The notes beneath the pieces are model-generated. The model saw only the letters and a list, made by a program, of their open reading frames with translations. It was not told where the DNA came from and did not search any database. A DNA stretch of 64,000 bases from Octopus bimaculoides (taxonomy: Eukaryota), in contig NC_068985.1 of NCBI RefSeq assembly GCF_001194135.2, positions 71,976,224-72,040,223 of the forward strand, written 5' to 3'. Shown here in pieces: positions 26,629 to 38,855 of this stretch. Each line of letters starts with the position of its first letter. Positions within the stretch are counted from its first letter, which is position 1. The translations under genes and the position numbers were made by a program.

Positions 26629-27108
26629 TGTGTGTGTGTGTGTGTGCATACATGTGCGTGTGTGTGTGTGAAGATATGGTTATGAGTATGTATACTGAGT
26701 ATGTATGTGTAGTTGTGTGTGAGGTGTTAGGCATGTGTGTATTTGTATGTGTAGTTGTATGTATGGCAGTGTGTACATGTGATTGTATATGTTCTTTTTC
26801 AGTGATTATGAGTAAGTGTAATTAAAAACGAGGCGCTCTTGGTTGCAAAGGATTTAATCAAACTTAAGAAATCCCGCAAAGTCAAATGTATTATTTCAAA
26901 GTTTTCTCTTAATTTTAGATTCTTTCTTCCTTATTTTTTAAACTCTTCCACCATTGCCTTCCCTTCCCACACCTTCATGTTTTGGTTTTTGATTCTCTTT
27001 GAAGTTAACCATTCCACAGTGTTCCTTGAAGATTATATATCAAAGAGAATGGCCATGCAGTGTATTTGGTATAAGATTTCAAGAAGCAATAACAACAACA
27101 ACAATAAC

Positions 27109-27176
<68 letters not shown>

Positions 27177-27224
27177 TGATGATGATGATGATAATGATAA
27201 TAATGATGATGATGATGTTGATGA

Positions 27225-27900
27225 TGTAGATGCAAGGCCAACTATTTTGAAACAGGGTAGGATTAGTTGATACCATTGGCACCAGCACATGGCTGGTACT
27301 TCCTTTCTTCTGCCTTGAAAGGATGAAAGACAAAGTTGATCTTAGTGGAATTTGATCTCAGACCATAAGGAGCCATAGCTGCATATCATGACGGATGTTG
27401 TCCAATGCTCTCATGAGTCTGCCAATTCACCAAGCTTATGATAACAATAATGGGTTCAAATTTTAGCACAAGGTCATTAATTTGGAGGGAGGCATAAGGT
27501 GGTTAGATCAGCCCAAGTGCTAAACTGCTACCCATTTTATTGACTCCCAAAAGGATGAAAGATAAAGCCGACTTCTGCATAATTTGAACTCAAAATGCTG
27601 CTAAGCATTTTGTTCGGTATGCTAACCATTCTACCAGCTCATTGACTTATATATAAATTTTAAAATAACAATAATAATAATTTTTTTATAAACTAGATAC
27701 AAGTCTGGGAATTTGGTGGGAAGCGGAAGTCATTTACATAGACCCTGATATTTAACTGGTAGTTTATTTTATCACCCCCAGAAGGATTAAGGATAAAGTT
27801 TACTTAGCAAGGATTTGAAATCAGAATGTAAAGATATGAAAGAAATAACAGAAAGCATATCGCCTGATGTTCTGACCATTCTGCCAACTTGCTGCCTTCA
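27225..27900 (-). mobile_element. Three head-to-tail SINE family B copies
   Basis: Copies at about 27225-27439, 27455-27649 and 27683-27900, separated by short (AAT)-like spacers. Confidence 0.7.
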
Positions 27901-27944
27901 TAATGATGATGATAATGCTTTCCTTTGACTACAAGGATAACAGA

Positions 27945-28770
27945 TGAGGAAACATTACAAGGGCAATTTACAAAAATGTTGGGCCTTACATAGAATTGTG
28001 AGAAAATATGCATAGCAAATAATAATAGCACAAGACCAAAGCCTCCCCACCAGAAATTAGCAAAAACATGTAATGAAAAGAAACATAAGTAACTGCAGAA
28101 TATGTGGAGATGGACAAGAAACAATAAATCATATTGTCTCTGGCTGCCCACTCCTGGCTAAGAAGGAATATATTCAGACACAATAGAGTTGGGATCTATA
28201 TACACTGGAAGCTATGCCAACACTATGGAATAGCCACAGGAAAAAGATGGTATAGACACATGCCAGAAAAGGTCACAGAAAATGAGAAAGCAACCATACT
28301 CTGGAATATGTCAATACACACAGAGAGAGAAATTAAGGTCAATAGGCTGGATATAGTCATCAGAGATCATCAAGAAAAAAATGCTTTCTAATTGATGCCA
28401 ACAGATGACAGTGTTTCTCTAAAAGAAATGGAGAAACGTTCAAAATACAAAGACCTGGATAGAGGTAACTAGAATGTGGAGTCTAAAAAGAGAAACAATT
28501 CCTGTCATAGTAGATGCATTAAGTATGCTACAAAAAAATATTCAGACAAATACATAACAAAAACACCAGGACTTACAAGTATATGCAACATACAGAAAAC
28601 AGCACTACTAGGCACTGCGCACATCATACATAAAGCACTTTCAATACAGTGAAAATAAGAGCATCACAACAAACCACAGCACATACCCAAGGCACACAGA
28701 GCTGCCCCCGATAGTGCAGTGAAAACATGTGATAAAAATAAGACTACTGAATAATAATGATAATAATAAT
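27945..28770 (+). mobile_element. 5'-truncated R4/Dong-like non-LTR retrotransposon (RLE type)
   Basis: Stitched frames give AQDQSLPTRN..CRICGDGQETINHIVSGC (CCHC), HNRVGIYIHWKLC, NRLDIVIRD..FLID, EKRSKYKDL, TRMW..IPVIV, ALLGTAHII..SIQ* ending at 28652. A 3' UTR and (TAA)n follow. Confidence 0.85.
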
Positions 28771-28774
28771 AATT

Positions 28775-29270
28775 AGTACCAGTGGCTATCATGGTTTCTG
28801 ATCTTAGAAGTGTTATGTACCTGTTTTGTCTTGGTGTAAAAGATGGTCTACAGGAAATATTCTGCTCAATACCACAGATTTGCTTGTCAGTTTCTTCACC
28901 TTAACCAGTTGAGCATGTCCCTTAATGGCTGATGATATGTGCATCTCTGAAAATGAGCAGGAATAGTGCGGAAGCATCATAGCCCCTGGAAGTATGAGTG
29001 TTTTGTTCATCATTTTTAACCTTTATTCAAGGACCTTTTGAGCAGGATGGGCTACTCAACCTGGAGAGAAAAATTCTAACTGGGCCCCACTTGCAAAGTT
29101 ATGTGCCGTTTATCTTGATATGAGGTCACCATTTCATGCACATATGGTTGTGATACATGTACCTGGTGTACCCTTATCAGATGGGTGGTTATGATGAGTA
29201 TATTGGGCTTCATATATTTGTATCCTAATCTCACTTTGATGGAATGTGCTGCTCTCTCACTCAGTAATAG
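28775..29270. mobile_element. Unclassified ~490-bp element bounded by AAT/GAT-type repeats
   Basis: Complex sequence, less AT-rich than its surroundings, with sharp microsatellite borders. It looks like an interspersed repeat, but only one copy is in the window. Confidence 0.4.
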
Positions 29271-30913
29271 TAATGATGATGATGATAATAATTTCTAATT
29301 TAAGTACAAGGCCAATAATAATAATTGTAATTACAATTAATTTTATTTGTCACTAGGCATCAAAAAAAAAAAATTGTTTTCATTTATTTGTCACTATAGC
29401 AACAGATGAAGAAGACATTATAGAGATAGATTACAAAAAACATGGGAAATCCAATGAGTAAAATAAGAAAAATAAAGTATTAGTTCTTTAATTTATTTTG
29501 GCACAAATAACTATTCATGTACACAACTGCATGATAGAAAAGCTTGTTGCAATGTACATATATAGTTATATAAAAGGAGAGTGTGGAACTAGAATGTTTC
29601 ACAGTATATTAGGATATATTCAACATTGGGGACATAAAAACAGATGAATGAATAATATATACACATATATACATGAAGGTATATAGCTGTGTTGTTAAGA
29701 ATGCCTTCTAAGTGAATTTGGTAGATGGAAACTGTATGGAAGCCTGCCATATTTGTGTAGGAATTTGTCACCTACCAACTGTAAACAACTAACCAATGTT
29801 TGTTTCCATTTGTATAACTTAGCGGTTCAGCAAAAGAGACTTAATAAAAGTACTGCAATCAGTTTGTTCAACTAAAACTCTTCAAGGCAGTGCTCCAGCA
29901 TGGCCACATACCAACGATTGAAAGAAGTAAAATATAAAAGATTGTTACATTGATATAAATAAAAGCGTATGTAGAAGAACAACAAATGAAGACAACTCAT
30001 CCACCCTTGGGTGAAGAGCCCCTGTTTGATCAGGGCACTGCATATCCCTGTTCCTCTTTACTTCTGTGTTTGACATAGTCAAAATGTTCCACATAGACGT
30101 TCACATAATCAAAATGTTCAGCCCCAAAAGTTCATGTCTGCAACTCGGGTATTGCAGTGGGTAAGAAAGGGCCCATATCCTACTGGGAATTAAGACATAA
30201 CTGCTCTTAGACTATGAGTTTGGTTTTTATTAGCAGTCAGAGCTTATCTCAACAGCCACATCATTCCAAACATCAGCCAGGATTTTTTTTTAACACTGTT
30301 CCTTTAAGAGCATAATAAAAAAAAACATTTTTCTTTTTTTTTATGACAATATTTTTTATGACAGAATTTTTTTTATGTAACTCTTTTAAGTTCTGTATTA
30401 TATTCATAATTAACATTTCTCTTTGACTGGCCACACTAGCAAAACTGTTGTTGTTATTGCCCATCATCATTTAACATGTTTTCTATACTGGCATGGGCTG
30501 GATGGTTTGACAGGAGCTAATGAGCCAGAGAACTGCATCAAACTCTACCCTGTTTTTTTTCTACTTTTATCACTATTTGTGTGCCAAGTGCCCCTCCTCA
30601 GTCTACACCTAATCCAGGATTGCAGCTTAGTCAGAGACAAGCTGTGGAAGAGTGAGTCTGACAAACGGTGACCGTCAACATTGGAGATGCTGCAGCCTGA
30701 GCACATGTCTATGCACCAGCAACCATGGCATGCCCAGGCCTCCATTCAGTGGCTGTTGACAGCAGATGGAGTGCCTTACCAGCAGAACATGACCCCTCCA
30801 CAGAAAGTAGAAGAGTATGCGGACCAGTTTGTTCAGCCAGCATAAGGGTCAAGGGACGACAGTCAAGTGGCAATGATGATGATGATGATGACGATGACGA
30901 CGACGACGACGAC

Positions 30914-31217
30914 GGAAGAAAAAGTGAACAACTGATAAATAAGTAGGAAATAGGCAGGTTGAGGCAATGAAGAAAGTAGACATGACACCAGTAGTGATTG
31001 GTGCACTTGGAAATACAAGTACCCAACTATTAACCTTGCTCAAAAATATTGTACCAAATATAGAAAGAACAAAAATCATCATCACTTGGAACTGCAACAG
31101 TTCTCTGCAGAGTTCTTAAAGCATGACCAGTAAACAAGTGTCACCTCAGTCTGCTGGCTGTGGACAGCTGATACTTTTGATCATACCCAGCAAAATAAAG
31201 CCAAGAGTTTTCATGAA
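30914..31217 (+). mobile_element. 3' fragment of a second RLE-type LINE
   Basis: EIGRL..MKKVDMTPVVIGALG..KSSSLGTATVLCRVLKA* (stop near 31127), then a 3' UTR and (TAA)n. Confidence 0.65.
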
Positions 31218-31306
31218 ATAATAATAATAATAATAATAAGAAGAAGAAGAAGAAGAAGAAGAAGAATAACAATAATACCAATAATAATAATAATAATAAC
31301 AACAAC

Positions 31307-31352
31307 AACAAGAACACTCAGACAGCACAAACCTCCGCCAAGGCAATACTAA
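31307..31352 (-). mobile_element. 3' terminus of a Helentron-type non-autonomous element
   Basis: 42/46 identical to the reverse complement of 42353-42398. Confidence 0.75.
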
Positions 31353-31812
31353 AAATAGATGGGTAGAGTGCAGATAAGAAAAATAGATGGGTAGAGTGCA
31401 AATAAGAAAAATAGATGGGTGGAGTGCAAATAAGAAAAATAGATGGGTAGAGTGCAAATAAGAAAAATAGATGGGTAGAGTGCAGATAAGAAAAATAGAT
31501 GGGTAGAGTGCAAATAAGAAAAATAGATGGGTAGAGTGCAGATAAANNNNNNNNNNNNNNNNNNNNNNNNNNNNNNNNNNNNNNNNNNNNNNNNNNNNNN
31601 NNNNNNNNNNNNNNNNNNNNNNNNNNNNNNNNNNNNNNNNNNNNAAGAAAAATAGATGGGTAGAGTGCAGATAAGAAAAATAGATGGGTAGAGTGCAGAT
31701 AAGAAAAATAGATGGGTAGAGTGCAGATAAGAAAAATAGATGGGTAGAGTGCAGATAAGAAAAATAGATGGGTAGAGTGCAAATAAGAAAAATAGATGGG
31801 TAGAGTGCAGAT
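31351..31812. repeat. 28-bp minisatellite (aagaaaaatagatgggtagagtgca[g/a]at), at least 13 copies around a 98-N gap
   Basis: Exact 28-bp period, with about 7 units before and 6 after the gap at 31547-31644. Confidence 0.95.
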
Positions 31813-33899
31813 AAATGATAATTTGATAACATTTTTGGTGACATGAATCTTCCAAAAACTCAGCAAACTAAAACTGATTTTGAACCATTTCACATTTGGC
31901 CTGAGCTTCTTCATGTCTGGTCATTCTTGTTTTTGTTATGTAATCTTGGGTGAAGCTTCATTAAATAGATCTGTGATCAAAAATATTCTAGGACCACATG
32001 GAAGTGCTTTTGTTGATTTATTAGTAGTGGCTTCAGTGTTTTAGCTTGCTGTTTACCATTTCCTTCAACTGACCCTCTCCTTCCACTCATGAAAAACTCT
32101 GAGTGCAGGGAATGGTCCAGTTCATGGTGCCACTGCAACCACCACTACTACCACTACTGATATTGTTTGTTAATAAAGTTTAAGATGATGGTGAATGGTG
32201 GGGATATATTTTTATGATGTTTATGATAATGATGATAATGAGACAATAGGTTGTGCAGAGGATGATAGTGATGAATATTGAGGAAGATGGTACTGTGATG
32301 TTTACATCATGATGATGGTGGCAGTGGCAGTGGCAGTGGCAGCGGCAGTGGTGGTGATGAAGAGAATGTTGATAGAAATTCAGGAAAATGTTCTGCATAC
32401 TTTAATTGTTATGAATGAATTAGAGTTGAATATTAAAATAAAATAATAATAATAATCATAAAAATAAAAGGCACAGTAAAACAAAAAATAACCAACAAAT
32501 TTTTTTTTTTTTTTCAAAAATACGAAAACAAACCCTCCCCCTAGTGCTTTCAGTGTCCCTGTCCTGCAAGAGATGCTAAATATTTGTATGGGGTAAGAGG
32601 ATGGGTATGCCATAAAAGTCCAATTATATAATGAATCATTAATGCGTGTGTGCGTGTGTGTATATCAAAATTTTTACTTTGTAAGAAAAAAAATTAACAA
32701 TGAAAATTCAAAGTAATCAAGACAATACATGAGATGAAACCCTGCCTACAGACTCAACTTCTTCTTGTTCTTGTATTTCTTGTGGCCAGACTTGTAGTTG
32801 ATGTTGAAATTGTGGTGGTGATGGTTAATATTCATTTTCTTTCAGTTTTTTCTTTTTTATTATTATTATTATTATTTTTTTGTCTTCTTCTTCATTCTCC
32901 TTTGCTCTCTTCTTCATTTTTTTCTTTTCTTCATCCTCCTCTATCAACGTCATCACCATTATCAAGAAAGCAGCAATTTTAAAGAAAGTAAATCCAGTAG
33001 GAATGAAAGCCAAGTTAATTTGAAGCTAAAATTCTAATCAAGCAAAGTTCCTTTAACGAAGAACTGACAATTAAATCAAAATGATAATTGGATGACAATA
33101 GCCTATGCTTTCTCCAAGACACTAATTTACACTCCCTGGAATGATTGTGTGTGGTGTGTGTTTGTGTGTGAGTGTGCATGTGTGCAGAAATGTCTAAATA
33201 CGCCTCTTTTGTTTTCCATGCATGGAAATATGTGTACATGTGCATGCATTCTATGCGTGAATATATATTCCTTTTGATTTGTGTATTTCTGTGTGTAAAT
33301 GTGTAGAAACGTCCATGTGTATGGCTATTGTGTTGAATGTGTAAAAATCAGCGAATGCAAGTCTTTGTGTATGTGTGCCTGTACTACAAATGTTTATGTG
33401 TGTGTCTTTCAGTGCATGTCTGTCTGTCTCTGTGGGTTTATACAAAAGTCTGTGTGTGCTTCATTTGTTTTTCATGTGTATATTTTGTGTGCATTTTGTG
33501 TTAATGTGAAAGTGCTTGTGTGAATGTGGTTGAGTGTATGTATGTGCAAAACATATATGTATGCAAATGTCTGTGTATGTGTATGCCTAGAAAGTGTACC
33601 TGTCTCTGCATGTGCTATGTATGTATAAAATTCCAAATATATCTCTTTTGTTCTTGATGTGTACAAAATCTTTGTGAGTAAAAATGTGTATATTTCTATG
33701 TTTATATATGTGTCTGTTTGTAAAAGTGTGTATATTGTCGTATTTGTATATATCAATGTACATGTGCATCTATATACAACAATGTGCATATGGTATCTGT
33801 GTACCTATAAACAAATTTGCATATGTTTATGTGTGTGCATGTGTTGTGTGTACAATGACATATATGTTTGTAGCAGTGTGGGTGCATGCACAAACTTCT

Positions 33900-34151
33900 G
33901 TATGTATATATATAAATATATGTATACGCATACATACATATATATATCTATGTATATACATATATATATATATGTATATATATGTAAATACATACATATA
34001 TATATATGTATATATATGTAAATACATACATATATATATATCTATGTATATATATGTAAATACATACATACATATATATATCTATGTATATATATGTATA
34101 TACATACATATATATCTATGTATATGCATATATATATACATATATATATAT

Positions 34152-34190
<39 letters not shown>

Positions 34191-34215
34191 CAAACATACA
34201 TACATACATACATAT
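33900..34215. repeat. Compound (TA)/(TACA) microsatellite, representative of many TA, CA, GA, AAT, CAT and TATC tracts
   Basis: Direct inspection. Similar tracts at about 1000-1130, 7200-7335, 8010-8285, 17815-17900, 25340-25500, 27085-27220, 41875-42023 and 58700-59100. Confidence 0.95.
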
Positions 34216-34894
34216 GTGTGTGTGTTTTTACACGAAGATATCTTTGTATATATTTGAATGCATGTTTTGGTAGATGTATATATAGGTGAGTTTTTTTTTT
34301 TTAAGGTAAGTAGGCAGGTATGTATGTATACATGTATGTATGCAATCATTTACATTCATGCACACACATTGTTATCTAAAATAAACACCAATTTTATATT
34401 GCGTTTGTTCTTCGCTATCTGATATATTCTGTTTGCTGTTCATGCTTCTACAAAGAACTGGACACCAACTGCCATCAAAGATAAGTGGAAGGAAGAGTGT
34501 TGGAACAACTGGAGGGGAGGATGGAAGTTAAAAGAAGAAAAATCCTTATCAACAACAGCAACTATGAAGATGTTGATAGTGATACTTATAGTGATAATGA
34601 TGATGGGGATGATCACAAGTTATGTATGTGAGTGTGTATGTGTGTCCATGCGTATGTATACGTTTGATTTTACAACAAGAGACAGAGGACTCAGTACTTA
34701 AAACAGTGTGTACTTATTTTATATATTTTTTTCATTAGCTGGAAATACTACAGCAAGTTAGTCAGAGACTAACCAAAGCATATAAGAAATGTAATTTTTT
34801 TGCACAAAACTCCAGGCTCCTGAGTAATTCCTGTATTGTTCTCACCTGACATATATAGGCATGATTGTGTGTATATGCATGTATATGTGCATAT

Positions 34895-35095
34895 TCTTTT
34901 ATTCTTTTACTTGTTTCTTGCTGGGACACCACCTTGAAGAATTTTTAGTCAAATGAATTGACCCCGGTACACATATTTTCTAAAGCCTAGTACTTATTCT
35001 ATCAGTCACTTTTGCCATACTGCTAGGTTATGGGAATATAAACACATCACCACTGGTTGTCAAGCAGTGGTGGGTGACAAACACACAGGCATGCA
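34895..35095 (-). mobile_element. SINE family A, 3' half
   Basis: Reverse complement of the family A core and tail. Confidence 0.7.
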
Positions 35096-35335
35096 TGCAC
35101 ACACATGTGTGTGTTTGTGTGTGTATATATATATATATATGTATGTATGTGTGTGTTGGTGATTTTGTTTTCAGAAAGCCATATGTGGATGATAGTGTTT
35201 GAAGTGTAAAAACTTAAACTTAGTGGCTACTTTTTAGACTTGAAATATTCCTACCTTTGTAAAGTTTTAGGGAAAATAAAGCATTTTTATTCCACATTTT
35301 AAAGTATATTGAGTTCTTTAATATATAATTGGTCT

Positions 35336-35549
35336 GAGGCAGTGAGCTGGCAGAATAGCAAGCACACTGGGCAAAATGCTTAGTAGCAGTTCATCTGTAT
35401 TTACATTCTAAGTTCAAATTCCACCGAGGTCTACTTTACCTTTTATCATTTCGGAGTCAATGAAATAAGTACCAACTGAGTACTGAGGTCAATGTAGTTG
35501 ACTTACTCCCTCCACTGAAGTTGCTGGCCTTCTGCCAAAATTTGAAATC
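35336..35549 (+). mobile_element. SINE family B (tail variant 3)
   Basis: Family B head and core with tail ttgctggccttctgccaaaatttgaa, also seen at 41679-41873. Confidence 0.75.
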
Positions 35550-36569
35550 AACATATAACTGGTCTTTTTAGACTTCAGATTAAATGTTTTACATATATAA
35601 ATATATATACTATTGTTAATATATGCAGCTGGTACACTAGACCTCTCTTGAGAAAATTCCTGTTTGGGAGTCAGCCCACACTTGACACCAAAGTTTGCAT
35701 ATTAGGTAAACTGCCCTATCAGCAATGCATTTACAGTCTTTGTAATTTGTAATAAATGCAGGATATCTTATATTGGCAGCACCATTCCTAAACTGCACTT
35801 ATGCATGAAAGGCTAAATTTTATAAATGCTTCTGCTATCAAGACATCTGGAGAGATGTTATAATGAAGATACTATTGTTATTATCAAAACCACAATGAAA
35901 GATCGAAACTAATGACTAAAGAAGGTATTTTGATTAATAAACCATGTCTGTCCATTAACATGAACAGAGCTTGTTGATTGGTTGAAAACACTACTAATCT
36001 GCACGTGATTGAACCTTCCTCTCTGTTAGCATTCAGAAAATATCTGCTTAGTTCTTCAGCACTATGCAGATGGAGCTAAGTTCATCTTCAATTTACTTGA
36101 TATGGGCTTTTTTAGTCTGAAATATTAATATAAAATAAAAAGATAAACCAATTTCTAGTTTTCTTTCTGATTAAATCCATTCATTTCCATACTTTTATGT
36201 AGTGTCTTTTTAAACACTATTAATGTGTGTGCGTGTGCAAGTGTGTATAAGTTTATATATGTGTGTATGGGTGTATCTGTATAAGTGTATGCCATGTGTA
36301 TGCGTATTAATGTATATTATGTATGAGTGTATAACTGTGTTGTATGTGTGTGTATCAGTATATATGTATGCATGTCTGTGTGTGTGTGTATCAGTATATA
36401 TGTATGCATGTCTGTGTGTATGTGCGCATTTGTATGCATATACTTAGTGTTTTGTTATGATTATTTCTCATAATATACTGGAGTTGGTAAGGAAAATGAC
36501 TAAAAACCTTCAGGATGTTTACTGAGCATGGCTGCAGTCCAGTGACCAAAACCAGTGCAAGAATAAGAA

Positions 36570-36606
<37 letters not shown>

Positions 36607-36808
36607 TTACTCAAAACTGATGATTATCTCCATCCTTCCTTAGTTTCTCACACGCGTGTTATTGTTATATGATGATTGTTATATGGTAAAATGTGTATAA
36701 CAATGATGGATGATAATAAGTTTTTCGAAGATAGTACAAGGCCACACGTTATTGATGGATAGAACAAGTATTTGCTGATTAGAAAACCAACTCCATGCCT
36801 AGTTGACT

Positions 36809-37222
36809 ATTCTTTTATTCTTTCACTTGTTTCAGTCATTTGACTGCAACCATGCTTGAGCACCATCTTAAAGGGTTTTAGTCAAAGAAATCAACCCGAA
36901 GTACTTATTTTTTTTAAAGTCTATTACTTATTCTATCAGTCTCTTTTCCTGAACAGGTAAGTTATGGGGACGTACACATACCAGCATCAGTTGTCAAGTG
37001 ATGGTGGAGGGACAAAAACAGACACCAAAATGTACACACACATATCTATGTATATATACATACAACAGGCTTCTTTCAGTTTCCATCTACCAAATCCACT
37101 CACAAGGCTTTGGTTGGCCCAAGGCTAAAGTAGAAGTCACTTGCCCAAGGTGTCACACAGTAGGACTGAACCCAGAGCTATGTGGCTGGGAAGCAAGCTT
37201 CTTACCACACAGCCACCCTTGC
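36809..37222 (-). mobile_element. SINE family A
   Basis: Full-length reverse copy. Confidence 0.8.
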
Positions 37223-37343
37223 AACTATACCTTTTTTTTTTTAATGCTAGGGGTCTCTTAGCTTAATAGTACAGAGTGCTCAGTCAGAATTTAAGAGTAA
37301 TAGGTTTTGATTCTCTGTAGAGGCTTCCTGGCCACTTTTTTAT

Positions 37344-37732
37344 AGGTACAGGCATGACTATGCGGCAAGAAGCTTGCCTACCAGCCACATGGCTCCAAGT
37401 TGAATCCCACTGTGTAACACCTTGAGAAAATCTCTTCTACTATAGCCGCGGGCTGACCAAAACCTTGCAAGTAGATTTGGTAGATAGACACTGAAAAAGC
37501 TCATTGTGTGTCTGTGTGTCTTTATGTCTTTTTGTCTCACCCACCACTTGATAACTGCTGTTGGTGTCTTTACATCCCTGTAACTTAGCTGCTTGGCAAA
37601 AGAGACCAATAGACCAATAGAACAAGTGCCAGGCTTTACAAAATAAGTACTAAGGTTGATTCATGCAACTAAAATTTCTTCAAGGTGATGCCCCAGCATG
37701 AGCACAGTCTAATGAATGAAACAAGGTAAAAG
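37344..37732 (+). mobile_element. SINE family A
   Basis: Full-length forward copy, head-to-head with 36809-37222. Confidence 0.8.
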
Positions 37733-37733
37733 C

Positions 37734-37786
<53 letters not shown>

Positions 37787-38414
37787 ATATAAAGAATAAT
37801 AATAAATGGAGCAAAACGCATATGAACAATAATTATTCTTCATATCTACTCAAAATACATCACTTTAACATGGTATTTCTACCTATTAAACGGGTGTGAT
37901 ATCCCAGTTTTTGTGTGATTTTTGCTACCCATGGTAACTATTAGCATATTTACATTATCAAAGTTTTTTCAACCGAGATAATATTAATATATACATAAAT
38001 AAATATATATATACTCCTCTCCTTAAGGATGACAGAAAACAAAGTTGGCTCTGATGAAATTTAACTTAAGAACAAAGAAGGGATGTAAACAAATAACACA
38101 AAACAGTTTGTCTGGTTGATATTCTACCAATTCTGGTAATCCTCTGTCCTTGTGTTAATGATAATTAATAAGACTGTAAAATGTTTATTTAGTCTTCAAA
38201 ACAATAATAGCGTGGTGAATAATGAATGGCAACAATCATCCCCAGCCCTTGATTAATGTTCGTTTGACATAATACACCAAAATGCAAATATTTAGACAGG
38301 CTTAATTTCATTTTTTAGGGATGAATGTGTGGAGTAGGAGTGGGGCTATTTGTTTTTAATGATTTCTAAATCCCCAATGGGTTGTTGAAGTCTTTGTAAG
38401 CTACTGCTGCTTTT

Positions 38415-38855
38415 GACGATGTTGTTTAACCCCAGGTTAGCCCTGGTTGAGCAGACTTATGATCAGTGCTATTTTGACTGTGATCGATCACCCTTCTTTT
38501 TGATGTATTCAGGAAACCCAAGACTATATTATCCAATTTCCATGTCTAAAAGCCTTTCTCTAACCTGGAAGAATATAAGTTGACAGAGGTTTGGCTGCTA
38601 TTTTTAACAGATTACACAACCATGTAGAGGCTCCCTCATTGGTTCATGTTGCTGCTGCTTCTATTATTTAACCCAAGGTCAACTCTTGATTGAGCAGAAC
38701 TTATAATCAAACTGTTTTAGTCATTATCATAGATATATTACATCTTTTATTTAGAAATAGTATATCTAGGATGACAGATGGTAGGGTGTTAATTAAGGGA
38801 GATTTGACTACTATTCCTAGCATGTTGAGCCACCATATAGCTGCAGCTATTGTTA
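38415..38855 (+). mobile_element. Two tandem decayed copies of repeat family E
   Basis: tttaacccc/aaggt(t/c)a...gagcaga..atgatca..gggagattt(g)actactatt. Reverse-orientation relatives lie near 40885-41050, 61400-61500 and 62750-62800. Confidence 0.55.

Noticed and set aside
28929-28960. CTGATGA...GAAA hammerhead-like spacing
   Set aside because: Stems II and III cannot be paired convincingly.
31146-31914. 232-, 198- and 168-aa ORFs with a 28-aa period; array superficially CRISPR-like
   Set aside because: Produced by a stop-free 28-bp tandem repeat. The units are contiguous with no spacers and no cas genes.
32825-33013. 62-aa minus ORF with hydrophobic start and acidic/basic tail
   Set aside because: TTG start, and the composition comes from GAA/AAT low-complexity tracts.
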